DNA of 64,000 bases from Octopus vulgaris (taxonomy: Eukaryota). The translations under genes and the position numbers were made by a program. The notes beneath the pieces were generated by a model that worked only from the letters and a program-made list of their open reading frames with translations, had not been told where the DNA came from and ran no database searches. Shown here in pieces: positions 12,090 to 24,884 of the stretch. Positions within the stretch are counted from its first letter, which is position 1. Each line of letters opens with the position of its first letter. The stretch is taken from the NCBI GenBank assembly GCA_951406725.2, contig OX597819.1, forward strand, positions 108,128,001-108,192,000. The letters run 5' to 3'.

Positions 12090-13005
12090 GTTGTTGTTAA
12101 CAACAAGTGATGATGATGATGGTGATAATGATGACAAACATCAAAAAAAAGAAAAGAAAGAAACGATAAAAATCAAGGATCAAGCATGGAAAAGAGAGGA
12201 GAGACACAATGTTGCCATGGAAACAGAATTATGGCATAATTACTCCCGTTTTCTTTCTTTATTTCTGTTTTTGTAGTAGTTGTTATAATTGTTGTTGTAG
12301 TAGTTGTATTTTGCTTTAGTTGTCGTTGTTGTACTTATGGCGGCAGATGTTGTTGTAGTTGTGATCATTGCTGCTGTTGTTGTTGTTGTTGATGTTGTTG
12401 ATGTTGTGAGTGTCTGAGTGAGGCAGAGGTTTTGTTATTTAGGGTTACACTGGAGAAACTAGTTGTAGAATTCATGTCTCAACACCACAGCTTTTCTCCT
12501 TTGACATAATCATACAACACAAATACAAACATACACACACACACACATATGCATGCCAGAATTGAAACTTCATACTGTTATATTCAAACAAACACAAACA
12601 TGAATGCAGCAACATGGGTTTTTTTTTAAAATTTTTTCTTTTTTTTTTTTTGAAATGAAAAATAAAGAAATTTGTTCATTTGGAGAGAAGTTTTGCTGTG
12701 ATAAACCATCTTTCTTAGGGCCTCAAAATTCTAGACTTCCCAGTCCAATATTGACAAACACACAAAAAACAAAAAGAAAAAAATTAGAAAAGCAAAAAAG
12801 AAAATATACAAAAAATATCTATCTATATTTGTGTATGAGTGTGTGTGAATGTATATATGTATATTTATGTGTGTGTCTGTATTTGTGATTTTATTGATGT
12901 TGTGCATGTTAATTTGTGTATGTGTATATGTATGGTTACACTCAAGTATAGGTCCTTCTCTATTCACAGTTATACTCTTCCATGTAATGAACAGGAATAT
13001 TGATT

Positions 13006-13047
<42 letters not shown>

Positions 13048-13335
13048 TAGGCCTGTGGGTGGAAGTCATTGATGCACACACTAGCTCTGTGTGTGTTCCT
13101 TTCAATCTGTTCAGTCTGGTGAGTGTACAGCTATTTGTCACTGATATAGCTGCAAGCTGTGTGTGTATGTGTGCGTGTGTGTGTGTGTGTTTGTGTGTGT
13201 GTGTTTGTGTGTGTGGTTATACATGTCTATAAGTCAGTCTTCGTTCTTCAGATTTAATAAATCCATTCAGTGTGTTGAGCCCATTGCTCGGAGAAAACAT
13301 CGTCACTAGAATTATCGAAATAACAAGGAAAATGG

Positions 13336-13408
13336 AAGCTGTGTACGCAGAAAGTGCTGCTGTATACACAGGAAGAGCTGCTGTGTACACAGGAAGTGCA
13401 GCTGTCCA
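13336..13408. repeat. 21-bp tandem repeat (~3.5 copies) about 45 nt downstream of the TMEM132 stop
   Basis: gctgctgtgtacacaggaaga-type units. Confidence 0.85.
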
Positions 13409-13450
13409 TTGCAACACAAGACAAAGACAGGAAAAACAAATAACTGATGT

Positions 13451-14689
13451 TTAGGCAGTTGATTCTTTCAGATTGTCCAGGTAATCTCGAAACTGCTCAT
13501 AAGTAAGCCCCATTGCTTCGTAATCCCACTCTGGAGGGGCATTATGATGGTTACTATGACTGTCCGTACTAACTCCTGCTGCCCCTGTTGCACCTTCAGT
13601 AGGCATAGGGTTGGCTGTGATGCGGATGCTGCATTCAGATCCCATGTACGTAGACACAGTACTATTGCGATTGCTTCCACTTCCGCTGCCGCCCCCGGCG
13701 GACGTGGCAGCGGAAGAATTGGCTGATGCAGAGCCAGCTGACCTGGTGCTCTCTGTACCACTGTACAGGCGAGCACGCATCTGGTTCCCATTGAAGTCCT
13801 CCTCAGGCATCAGAGTCTGAGAGCAGCGCGTATTAACGGCATTCCGCTCCAGTGTTGCTTGACCGACCCACACCCAGTCACGGGCACTCGACACAGGCTC
13901 TGTTCCACCACACATGTCTTTTGGTATTTGCTTGCGGCGATAGCGTACAGTGAAGACAACACAGTTCACTGTAAAGACAATGATTGCCATGCAGAAAACA
14001 GCCAGCAGGACATACATGACAATCTCCAAGGCAGAGAGTTCTGGTGCTTTCACTACTTGTTGCAGCTGAGGTGCAGATTTTGGTCTCATTCCATCAACAT
14101 TGTTATTGTTATCAATAAGGAAGTCTTGTTGCACATGTTGTTGTTGATTCTGCTGCTCTTTATATTGGAATTGTCGGTGGTCAGCCACTTTAGGAATTTG
14201 CTTAATACCACTTTTGATGTTTTCATAGTAGATTTTGTTATCTTGAGCACTGATGTCAATAGTGGGCACAGAAAATGAAGTCTGGGGAGACGATTTTTGG
14301 TTCCAGCGGTCACTAGCACGGTTGTCATAACGATTAACTCGGTTGTCAAAGCGACCTGCTCGGTTGTCATAGTGACTATCTCGCTGCAGTTTGTCAAGGT
14401 AGCTTCGTTCATTAGTAAACTCAATGTTCATGTGAAGAGTTTTTGAGACAAGTGGTAACATATTTTTCTTGAAACATCTATGTCCAAGTCTAAGGGAGAT
14501 GTTCAACTGACCCTCACCTGGGCCTGTAGCAATTACAGTTGGTTGATAAGGCAAACCAAATGGTCGAGGGATTTTCAGCACTTGTCGATTAAGTGAAGAA
14601 ATTTCTAGCTTGTAATCTAATGGTGAAATATATTTTAGAGGAACAACTGTCTTATCTGTAAATTGCACAGCGATGTCCAACAGGGCTTC
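13451..14689 (-). CDS. TMEM132: TMEM132-family protein, last coding exon (end of ectodomain, TM helix, cytoplasmic tail)
   Basis: Acceptor ttatattccag|GAA. Encodes EALLDIAVQFTD, ELSALEIVMYVLLAVFCMAIIVFTVNC (matches the family TM motif [26 protein letters not shown]), DWVWVG, and the C-terminus YEQFRDYLDNLKESTA*. Stop TAA at 13451-13453. Confidence 0.95.
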   Translation of the reverse strand, partial: EALLDIAVQFTDKTVVPLKYISPLDYKLEISSLNRQVLKIPRPFGLPYQPTVIATGPGEGQLNISLRLGHRCFKKNMLPLVSKTLHMNIEFTNERSYLDKLQRDSHYDNRAGRFDNRVNRYDNRASDRWNQKSSPQTSFSVPTIDISAQDNKIYYENIKSGIKQIPKVADHRQFQYKEQQNQQQHVQQDFLIDNNNNVDGMRPKSAPQLQQVVKAPELSALEIVMYVLLAVFCMAIIVFTVNCVVFTVRYRRKQIPKDMCGGTEPVSSARDWVWVGQATLERNAVNTRCSQTLMPEEDFNGNQMRARLYSGTESTRSAGSASANSSAATSAGGGSGSGSNRNSTVSTYMGSECSIRITANPMPTEGATGAAGVSTDSHSNHHNAPPEWDYEAMGLTYEQFRDYLDNLKESTA

Positions 14690-14754
14690 CTGGAATATAA
14701 AACAGAAAAATTTTATTTAAGACAATAATGATAATGAAATAGAAATATGTTTTA

Positions 14755-15146
14755 CTAGCAGCATAGCCCGGCGTTGCCCGGGTATGTAAGAGTCCCTAGT
14801 AGGCAACGACTAATCCCAATCTAGTTCTTTCCCTCTAGGGAACGAAGGCGCATGTATAGGTTGCAATGTCTTCTCTTCACTCGAATACTTCTTTGTATAC
14901 GATGTTCCTAGCTGTCTTCCAACAGAAAAAGTGTTGCATATAAAAAGCTTAGATTCTCGACCCCATGTCGAATTTATCGATTTTTTTCAGAACTGGGGGA
15001 ACTTTTCAAAATTTTCGCTGCGTTAGTTTTGAATTATGACATTGGGCTATGTGTGTGTCAAGTTTCATCAGAATCGGTTGAAAGCCGTGGTCAGGGTGAG
15101 GGTACAACCTGACAGACAGACAAACTGCCGTTTATATATATAGAGA
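14755..15146 (-). mobile_element. Complete non-autonomous Helitron-type element
   Basis: Minus strand reads A|TC...(ctgt)n...cccgggcaacgccggg hairpin...CTAG|T. It is inserted between A and T with no TSD. Confidence 0.85.
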
Positions 15147-15338
15147 TGACTGAAATAAAATGAATCATTCTATGAATAACTGAGATCTATAAGGCTTGTT
15201 TTATTTGTTGATGTGCCTGATGGAGCACACTTTACAATCAGTACTTCAGACTAAATTAGCCAAAATGGCTTTTCCCTTTTGTAAGACATATCCCCCCCTC
15301 TCTCTCTCTCATTACATACATACATACATACACACATA

Positions 15339-16166
15339 TTGGGTCATCCCGTAAATAATGCGATTTTTCAATACTTCTTTTAATTTTTTGAATTAAGATA
15401 AAGTTTGAGTTTAAAAGTTCAAAGTAGACTAAACCTTTCATATCCCACCAAATAGATAACAACACCATATGTGAGTGAAGATCTTTTTTTAGCCTGAGGT
15501 ACCAGTGCTTCTCTCCCTACCCACTCTCTTCAGCACTTGACATTTTTATAGAGAACCCATTTCTCATCACCAGTCACTATTTAGTCGAAAAAAAGTTCAT
15601 TACTGAGATATGATAGCAAAGAAGAGCATACATTCATTCTCTGCAAGATTTGGAAAGTTTGTGAGGAACCCACTGACCCAATTTGCAGACTTTTCCAATG
15701 GCACGCACGTTGATGAATGGTTGAATGACTAAATTCAAGCTTCTCTGCTAGTTCCTCAACGGTTATGACGGGATTTTAGGGTTTGCAGGACATCCTTGTC
15801 AAGCTCTACAAATCTTCTAGGATGAGGCTTGTCATCTAGGCTGTAGTTTCTGGCTCTGAATTTCTGGAACTACCACTAATTATCTGATCCACATATACTG
15901 CAATATTATTCCTTGCATTTTCCATTGCGTTGTTGCCTTTATTGAACGCATAAAGCCAGATATGCTCCTTTGTCACTTCCACTATAGCTTTGAAAAAATA
16001 ATTTTTTAAATCAAACTGCACTCTTCAAAACTTGCACTAGGTATAAGGACAAGGTAACATTGTTACCTGCTTTTATAGGAAGTTGATGCAGGTAGTTTAT
16101 CCTGTCTCCCTCCAACTTATAGTTTGTGCAATTGAAAAAAACCACATTAATTATGGGATGCCCCAA
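15339..16166 (-). mobile_element. Internally deleted mariner element
   Basis: TIRs ttgggtcatcccgtaaataatgcg / cacattaattatgggatgccccaa with TA flanks. Transposase relics LYAFNKGNNA, VTGDEKWVLYKNV and VLLSIWWDMKGLVYFELL. Confidence 0.85.
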
Positions 16167-17149
16167 TATATAATGACAACCCATTCAATCCATATCAGCA
16201 TAGAATAAATGGCTTCTACAGCTGGATGTCGTTTCTAGTGCCAACCACTTTACAGAGCATACTGGGTGCTCTTTTTGTGGTATCAGTAGTAGTGAAAATT
16301 ACTTTGTAACTTGCAAAGTTAAGGGTCTAAAATGGTCCTATAATTGAGGAAGGTTAGAAGTGGGAGAGTGCAATGATTCTGGTCAAGTAATGAGGGAGGG
16401 TAAGTAAGATGAGAGGAACAAATTTATAGATTGTGATAGGTTGGTGGTAGTAGAGAGAGTAACAAAGTAACAGAGTGGGTACTAATTGGAGGAGGGAGTA
16501 TGGCAAGGAACACGGGGAAAGAGAAGGGGTTAGAGCCAGTATTATCCAGAAAAAGGACAGAGTACAAAAGGTATAAAGATGGGTTGTTTAGTGGGATGGG
16601 AATCAAGGGTTATTGTACATTATAAAGGTGAGTATGGACAGAGAATGTAATGGAAAGGTGACAGGAAGGGAATAGTAGATTAGGGGTAGAGAAGAATTCT
16701 GAAATTCATTGAAGTAGAGAGGTGTAGGGTTTGTAGGAGTAGGCCAGAGGAGGAAAGATGAATTGTGCGTGAGGAAGCAGAGAAGCTACAGTGATGGGGT
16801 ACATAGGGAGAAAATGAAACAGTTTATGAGGGAGTAGTGTGTGAGTGGTGTGATAGCAGAGTGTCAATACCATAAAAGCATCCAAAATGAAGAGGCAATG
16901 AAGAAAGGATGGTGAGAGAGAAAGGTTCAGGGGGAAAACAGTGGGTGGGTGGCTGCAGCAAGTATACTGATATACATACATACATATAAACTTTAAACAG
17001 CTGTCAGAAGATTGTTAACTCATTGACATTAAGCTATATGTAGTGCAGTTAGTTACACATTTTCATAATTCATTTAAACTATATTTCCTGTACTCCTATT
17101 CTGGATCTATTTTACTATTATCACACCAATAATATCATGATCTACCTCC

Positions 17150-17580
17150 ACTCAATTTACCACCAGCAACCATCAATTGTCCATAGCATTTTCACTTACA
17201 TCTACTTTAGTTACAATTCACAACCATCACATGTCCATACCACTAGACATACTTCTACTGTAACTACCATCACATGACCATACCATTGTGACTTACCTCA
17301 ACTGCAACAACCATCCTTTACCATTACATGCACTATACCCCTACTAGAAACTATCATCACATGTTCATACCACTATGACATACCTCTACTGTGGCTACCA
17401 TCCACACCATTGACTTACTTCTATATCTATGATTCTCTCTAATCACATGTCCATACTGCTATGACTTACCTGTACTTGAAGTGACTATTCACTACCACTA
17501 CTTCAAATCACCATCATCTAACTTTCTCGGTTATGGCTACCATCATATGTTCTACACCAATGACTTACCTCTGTTCTAGA
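17150..17580. repeat. Degenerate ~44-bp minisatellite
   Basis: Recurrent catcacatgtccataccactatgac(a/t)tacctctactg units. Confidence 0.65.
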
Positions 17581-17662
17581 CATCCATCTCTTACAACACT
17601 CTTACAACATTTCATCCAACCTAACACCACAGCAAATGTTGTAACAATACTGATAAACATAC

Positions 17663-17854
17663 CTGGAATTTAGTTTTCAGTTGGTTGTTGACATGAACAA
17701 CGGCCAGAATAGTGGTTGGGTCATTTAGTGCAGCTTCTCTAATCTCAAGGCTTATGTCTGTCACTGTGTTTATGAGCAAGCGCTGAATGGCAACTTTGTC
17801 TTGACCAACTCGTATTTCTTTAGCAGCCATAACTCGGCTTGTTGGTGATAATAC
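17663..17854 (-). CDS. TMEM132: TMEM132 exon (192 bp, phase 0/0)
   Basis: caacag|GTA...TTCCAG|gtatg. Encodes VLSPTSRVMAAKEIRVGQDKVAIQRL...LKTKFQ, matching the family VLSP...EKTITVLDDKV...Q|EA segment. Confidence 0.93.
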
Positions 17855-18589
17855 CTGTTGATAGTTAAGTAAAATAGGTAAGGTTAATGAAATGTTTAAA
17901 TGTCTGAGATGTAGTGTTAATATCATTTTTTGGATAATTTACTTCACTTTTAGAGATGAAAAATGTTTTAATATTTACAGTGTTGGTGTCATGGGGAAGT
18001 GTATCTAGTACATTCTGTAAAAGGGTTATTTTTAGGAAGGGCATTCAGCCATAAAAACTTTGTCAAAACTGAGATGACTGAGTAAGATGTTGTCCTCTGG
18101 CCTGTCTAACCCAAGTCAGAATGGAAAACAGATGTAAAATAATGGTGGTGGTGATGGTATCTGCTATGTTTCAATCAGTTTGATCTTACATTGTTATCAA
18201 GTGTTTTATTCTTGGTTGAGTATGTAGCATATGTATCAGTAGTCTAGTGAATAAGGGCGTTAGTATATTTAGTTTAGAATAAAGTTTGAAGTTCAAATCC
18301 ACTCTGGTACTATATACACATCTAGGAATAAAATGCCTGATGACACTCCGAAAGAAATCAAACTTAATGATACATTGTGTAGATATAAATATTAAAGATG
18401 TTTCATTTTAAAGATGATGTTAATAGTCCAAAAAATTGCAAATGTATTAGGTGAGGTTGCATTAGTGAAAAATTCTTCATAGATTTTCTGTTCATATACG
18501 TAGAGACACTTTACCATTTACAACATACAGAATATTATTATAATAAACTTGAACTTATATAACATCATATAATAATAATTTTTTTTTTT

Positions 18590-18975
18590 ACTTGTTGCAG
18601 TCATTAGACTGTTGCCATACTGGAGCACTGCCTTCAAGAATTTTAGTCAAATGAATCAACCAGAGTCCTTATTTTTTGAAAAGCCTTATATTCATTCTCC
18701 CAGTCTCTTTTGCTGAACCACTAAATTACGAGAACTTAAATACACCAACATCGTTTGTCAAATGATGGTGAGGGACAAAAACAAACACAAAGATACACAC
18801 ACAGATGTATGTGTGTGATGGGCTTTTTTCAGTTTCTGTGTACCAAATCTACTCACAAGGCTTTGGCAAGCGTGAGGCTACAGTAGAAAGACAGTTGCCC
18901 AATGTGCCATGCAGTGGGACTGAACCTGCAAACATGTAGTTGGGAAGCAAGCTTCTTTACCATACAGCCATGCCT
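18590..18975 (-). mobile_element. SINE family A copy (diverged)
   Basis: Reverse complement of 24885-25333. Confidence 0.8.
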
Positions 18976-19879
18976 GTGCTGTTATACAACTTTATATAAT
19001 ATAAATATTATATATTACATTCATATTGTATATTTACACTTTATTTCAATTAGAAGTACAAAAGATGATGATGATGCAAAAACTGTGCATTTGTACAAAT
19101 ACACATTTTTTTAATAACTGATGTAGAAATGAATAAATAAGTTTACACAAGGCTTTTCAAGATGAAATCAAATTTTTTTTTTAATTGAAAGTATTTGAGT
19201 GATGCTTACTCACATGGATGCACACATACTTTGCAAAAAAAAAAAAAAGACATTTCTGCACACAGTCCACAGCCAAAAATTGTCTTCCAATAAAAAAAAT
19301 TGGAATTTATTTGGAAAGTCCCCATCCATGGTTCTTAGCATTAGCCAGGAAATCAGTTGCACCCACCATCTCATTGAGAAGCTAAAGATGTTGAGTAAAA
19401 TAGACTCCAGTAATGACTCAAAAAACATTGAAGCTATTGATTGGTACAGTATAGTCCTGGAAGAGATACTGCTAGTTCTTGTGGACAATAGGTTGCAATA
19501 TTACCATGGAAAGATGCTGCTACAGTTGATGGGCGACATATCAAAACAGATATGGAGGATATAATGTCAGGTAGATTCTGCCATGACCTGAAATCCATTG
19601 CATAAACTGTCACTCTTCTTAGACAGTAGATATAATATTTAGCCTGGTTTAACACCAGTACTTGGCTGTTGAGTGCTTTAGTGAAGTGCATTCTGATGCA
19701 AGCATCCAGACAAGATACCCAGATTATTCCTTCCTTTTCCCCACTAGCTTCGTGCATCCTTTTCTTTGATTAAGCCCCAAGAAAATAAATAAAATAAATT
19801 AAAGAGAGAGGAGTAATCACTGACAAAAAGTTAATGTGAAATACAGAGTCATCTCCCTTGGATTAATATAGCTGCTTAC

Positions 19880-20144
19880 TTGAATTTCTGTCAAGCCTGG
19901 GTTTTTGCCCATAATAATATTCCCGCTTAAGGAAGCGATGTGGGAGTCAGACAAACGTAGACGGTCCTTCAACATTTCAGTGACACGGAAGTAAGTCTTC
20001 TTGCCCGTGTAGTACTGCAGCCGACCATTTTCTAGGACACAGAAGCTAGCGTAAACATCAACGGTTGACTGTTGGTAACGCAGACGACACATATTTCGTG
20101 TTGGGTCATCCATTCCAAGAATTTTGTCCCTCTTCTTACGGCGA
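19880..20144 (-). CDS. TMEM132: TMEM132 exon (265 bp, phase 2/0)
   Basis: ttgcag|T...ATTCAA|gtaagc. Encodes RRKKRDK...CRLRYQQSTVDVYASF...RVTEML...PGLTEIQ, matching the family CxLQYQxAxVxVLTQF...PGxTxIQ segment. Confidence 0.93.
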
Positions 20145-21309
20145 CTGCAACACATGGAAAATAAATAGATAAATAAAATAAGAAATGGTAAAATATATGA
20201 ATCACTGATTTTCGTAAACCATTAATTTTCCTTGGCATTGTCCTTACATTACAATATTAGTGAGACATCATGAGAGAGGGAAGGAGGGGATTTATGAATA
20301 TTTCTAATTTTAGATACAGGGCCACTCATTCTGAGGGAGAATATAGTCGATTAAATTGACTTCACTACTTGACTGTTTGTTTTTTTGTCGACTTTGAAAG
20401 AATGAAAACATTGACATTATCTGAATTTGAACACAGTTTGTAATTAAATGCTGCAAGGGATTTTGATCAATACTCTTTCAAATCTACCATCCACTACACT
20501 GGAAGCAGTCTATAATACTAAAACAATCTGGTTGCAAGACTCTGGTTTGTACTCTTGTAAACAAAGCTGAAAGAGTTGACTAAATTCACACCAGTATATT
20601 ACTGGGAACTATTTGACTGAGCTTAGAGGTAATCTGAAATGAGGATGTATCAGGACAAAGCTGTAAATTGTAAAGTATTTATTCTAATGATCTATTACAA
20701 CCAGTTGGATATACCTGGACGTTATGGTATATAGGAACCCTGAAAGACTCCAGAAGCAAAAGTCTTACAAATATATTGATTGAGTTGTCTGATAAATTCG
20801 TCCATTCCTTTTTTCCATTCGTTTTAATCTGTTCCAATGTTATTTGAATTAACACAAACACTACTTTTATCATAGTTTTATAGGATTTTTTTTGAAGCTC
20901 CATTCTTCCAACTTTTGCTTACTGTATTTTAAATTTAAACAAGTTTTACCTATTTTCAGACATATGGCGGATGGAATGCCAAGCAGAAAGAAACAAAACA
21001 AATTTATCTGACAACCTAATATCTCAGATTATGTATCATCATCTTCATCTTATCTAAAATGCTTCCAATTACAGTTCAAATAACAATTTTCTGGTGTTGG
21101 GTTTGTTCACCAGAAGAAAAGGAAGTGTTCATAAATTTTGTAGATCATCCTAGACAGGTGAAATTCATGTGATTAATGAGCAGTTTGTACTTCTAAAGGT
21201 TAATGTGGATAGATGGATAGAGAAAATTCCAGTGTTTTTAGTTTTTAGTGAGATTTGTAGGAAGGGGAGAGACAACAGAGATGAAGCAAAAGAGGAGAGA
21301 CAGATATAA

Positions 21310-21430
21310 ACTTCTGTTGAACACATGCTTTCTATCTTGGCTTCCAAAGAATGCATACTTTCTATCTGGACTTTCACTGAACACATGCTTTCTAACAGAG
21401 TTGTTAATTAACATATACTTTCTATCTTAA
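21310..21430. repeat. Degenerate ~30-bp tandem repeat
   Basis: Recurrent aacacatgctttcta / atactttctatct units. Confidence 0.6.
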
Positions 21431-23430
21431 ACTTTGGATTTGATCATATATTTTACAACAATACTAAAGTTGTTTTTATATTTAGAATTTATTAATTATT
21501 TTAGAATTTATATTTAGAATTTTTGAAATCAGCATTATGACTTAGCAGAGTTGTCTGATATAATAAGTAATTCAATTTGATACATAAACAATGTCGTGTT
21601 TGGGAAATTATACTTTTGATTTCACATTCTGCCAAAGTCAACTTTAATCTTCATTCTTCCAGGATAAATAAAATTGGTGTTGGCAGTGGTATCATTGTTG
21701 TCATCACCACCATCCCCATCATTAATAATTAATAACGTATCAAACAATTTAATATTTTGGAACTATATTTGTCTGGCAAATGGCTTTTTTTTATTAGTTG
21801 GTCAGGAGAAAAGAGAACATCTATGATCCCTTTTTCAAGGCTTCTCAGACTGGTGGGAGGCAGAAAAGTAGCCTCAAACTTGAAGCCTAACTTGACTGCA
21901 TGAAACAGACAGGATTGCACTAAAGGTACTCAAGGCCCAGCTGGTGATGTAAAACCAGGCAATGGATTAAATCTACCATCCAATTAGACCACAGTGGGAT
22001 TTGAACTCAGAAAGCAAAGAGTTGGAGAAAATACTGCATGCCAACTTGTTTAACACTTCAAGGTTTCCATTAGTCCACTAACCTCAACTAGTATACTTCA
22101 TATATTATATATTGCCCTGGAGAGGATGAAAAACTAAGTTGATCTTCGTGGGAATTGAACTCTGAATGCAAAACCACAGAGAGTTTTGTCTAACACTAAC
22201 AACTCTGCCACTGAAATCATTGCATTGTAGCAGAGTTTTGCTAGTCATTTAAAACATATAGCTTTACGTTCACTTTTGTTTTATTTTCTAATAATATTAT
22301 GAAATGAAACAAAAAGTGATGTTTGTTTTTGAATAAAATATAAAAAAATGGTCTATGTGTGTTATTAATGACTACCATGGCTCTACTATAACAATAATTT
22401 AACACAATGTTTAGGATCACAAGAATGTGAGGAAATTAAGAGTGGGGTGTGTGTGAAAGAGTCAGTGGAATACAAGATAAAAATGAGGTACAGTTAATGT
22501 GCTGTTAGAAGTAGAGAAGAGAGGAAATATTTAATATTTAAGAGGAAGTGTTTCATCATGAGAACACCTGATGAAGTATTCTACATGAAACACTGCATAT
22601 TACTTCATATCTGAATAAACAAGCATATTGTAACATAGTGTAAACATATTTGATGTATATTAATACATTTCTAGTTAGCATTAAAAAGCTAACAAGTTAC
22701 AGATAGTATCTCTGAATGATTTAATATATAACTAAATAATTCTGTTTCTATGCCAATAAATGTATTATAATTTGTGATTGTTCCACCACTTCTTTGGCAC
22801 ATGTTGTGAAGTCTATATTTTGCTAAAGAAATCAGGATAATACCAAAACATGTCTGGAGTTGTCTATCATACTTGAAGAATGTAAAGATAATATTGATCA
22901 TTATTATTTTCAATATTTTCTTGTGAAATGTGAAGGTGGCAAGGAATCCTGGACTCATTTAACATCACTTCAGTCTCCTAAGTTGAAAATAAATACCATC
23001 TGAGTACTGGTGCAGCATTATCTCCACCCCACAGTCATATCTTCAATGTTTTTCTGAGTCAAAGGAGGGAGGGCTTAGGGGGTATTTATATCAGCTCCTG
23101 ACTATACAATAATTAGTGAAGCATGGAGAACGGACGTTAAACGATGATGATGATAGTACATGGTAGCAAGTCATACTCATTTGTGAGTATTTGCTATGGT
23201 TCTGGTTCCTCATCACATATCTATTTCTAATTAACATCTCGTTATTCCCAGCATTTAGTATATTAATACTTAACTGTTGTTTTTCATATGGATAAAAGAA
23301 CATAGGTTTACTTAACCAAAGTTGACCTGAAGCTAAGCAACAATAGCAACAACATACACACACACACACACACACACACACTGAGAAACATCAAATCAAT
23401 TGCCAATAAAAAGAAAGTGTGGTAACTTAC

Positions 23431-23636
23431 AGCAAGATGCGGTCCTTTGTCACTTTCCATCGTTTGATCTGACTGAGTTTGTTATCTGACAACTGGATGT
23501 TGAGTCTTTCATCTGGCATCCACACTGTGACATGTGTAAAGGCAACCAGCTGCCGTGACTTGGCAATTACTGTGACATTGCGTGACCCAATCTTCTCTTT
23601 GCCATCAACATAGATGAAGGAACAGTTCCGAGAAAC
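23431..23636 (-). CDS. TMEM132: TMEM132 exon (206 bp, phase 0/2)
   Basis: ttgcag|GTT...TTGCT|gtaagt. Encodes VSRNCSFIYVDGKE...TVWMPDERLNIQLSDNKLSQIKRWKV, matching the family VSxxCDYIFVNGKE...TVWVP...SDTELNQIKGW segment. Split codon CT+T fits the next exon. Confidence 0.95.
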
Positions 23637-23727
23637 CTGCAAACAAACAACAATTATTATTATTATTATTATGATTATTATTATTATTACTACTACTACT
23701 ACTACTATTATTATTATTATTATCAAT

Positions 23728-24180
23728 AAGGTGGCAAGCTGACAGAATTGTTAAAATGTCAGATAAAATGCTTAGTGGTATTTCTTCTGGCTCTCTACAT
23801 TCTGAGTTCAAATTCTTCAGAAGTTGACTTTGCCTTTCTTCATTTTGGGGTCAATAATATAAGCACCAATCAAGTACTGGGGTCAATATAATCAACTCCT
23901 GAAATTTCAGGCCTTGTGCCTATATAAGAAACAATTGTTGTTGTTGTTGTTTTTAATAAAGGTGACAAGCTGACAGAATTGTTTGCCTATCAGACAAAAT
24001 GCTTAGTGCTGTTTCTTCAGTCTTTTTACATCCTGAGTTGAAATTCTGCTGAGGTTGATTTTGGCTTTCATTCAAATGATGTTGATAAAACAAGTACCAG
24101 TTGAGCAGTGGGGGGTCAATGTAATTGACTTCCCCAACTTCCCTGAAACTGGTGGCCTTGTGCCAAAATTTGACACCATT
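23728..24180 (+). mobile_element. Two tandem SINE family B copies
   Basis: aaggtggcaagctgacagaattg heads at ~23728 and ~23960, with gagttcaaattc B-box and the shared core. Confidence 0.8.
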
Positions 24181-24557
24181 ATTCTCACAAGGAGGCAACC
24201 AGGTAGAATCATTAATGCATTGGGCAGAAAATGATGGTACAGTCATGAGTGAAATGATTTTGACCATAGGTCTGCTTGATAAGAGCCAACAGGAGTCTAA
24301 ACAACAATAACCTCAGACTAACGAGGGCGATTTCTTGACTAGCTAGAAACAAATTCAATTACTCTATCATCTTAAAAAAGCAGACACATTGGGTTAATGC
24401 AATTCTGGATTCACTATGTCTGGAAAAAAAAAAAAGCAGGAAAGTCATGGCTGGAATGCCTTTGACCTTATGTCTTCTGGGTCAGGGCTGAAAAACAATA
24501 CTGATAATTACAGTCATTAGAGAGGATTGACCATTAAGAAAACCATTCTCCAAATAC

Positions 24558-24701
24558 CTTTAAGACGTTATCATTGCTTGAATGACAAGATGTCAGCCAT
24601 GTGACATCATGGATGCTCCCTTCTTTGTTCACCACAAATATCTGTAATGGGTAGATTTGTGTTCGACCAGTGAGGGATGCAACGTTCATTATCTCAGTCA
24701 C
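24558..24701 (-). CDS. TMEM132: TMEM132 exon (144 bp, phase 0/0)
   Basis: tttcag|GTG...TTAAAG|gtatt. Encodes VTEIMNVASLTGRTQIYPLQIFVVNKEGSIHDVTWLTSCHSSNDNVLK, matching the family EILNTAVLTG...CxSxDEDVIK segment. Confidence 0.93.
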
Positions 24702-24884
24702 CTGAAAAATGGAGAGAAATAAAGAAAATTTTAAAAAATTTCAATTAAAAAATATTTTTAAAAATTAAGAAAAAGTGTTTACATGATTAATTATGACAAA
24801 GGATTTCTGAATCATAGTGAAATTATAGTAAACGGGATGTACAAAATAACTTCTTACTTCCCATCCTCCCATTTTAAAAATATT

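Noticed and set aside
7000-13450. Extent of the TMEM132 3' UTR and its poly(A) site
   Set aside because: There are many AATAAA candidates in AT-rich sequence, so it cannot be fixed without transcript data.
19030-21130. Possible piggyBac Cys-rich tail (~19200-19300) and PLE N-terminal relic (WTNLSD, ~20790)
   Set aside because: Too decayed to call without an alignment search.
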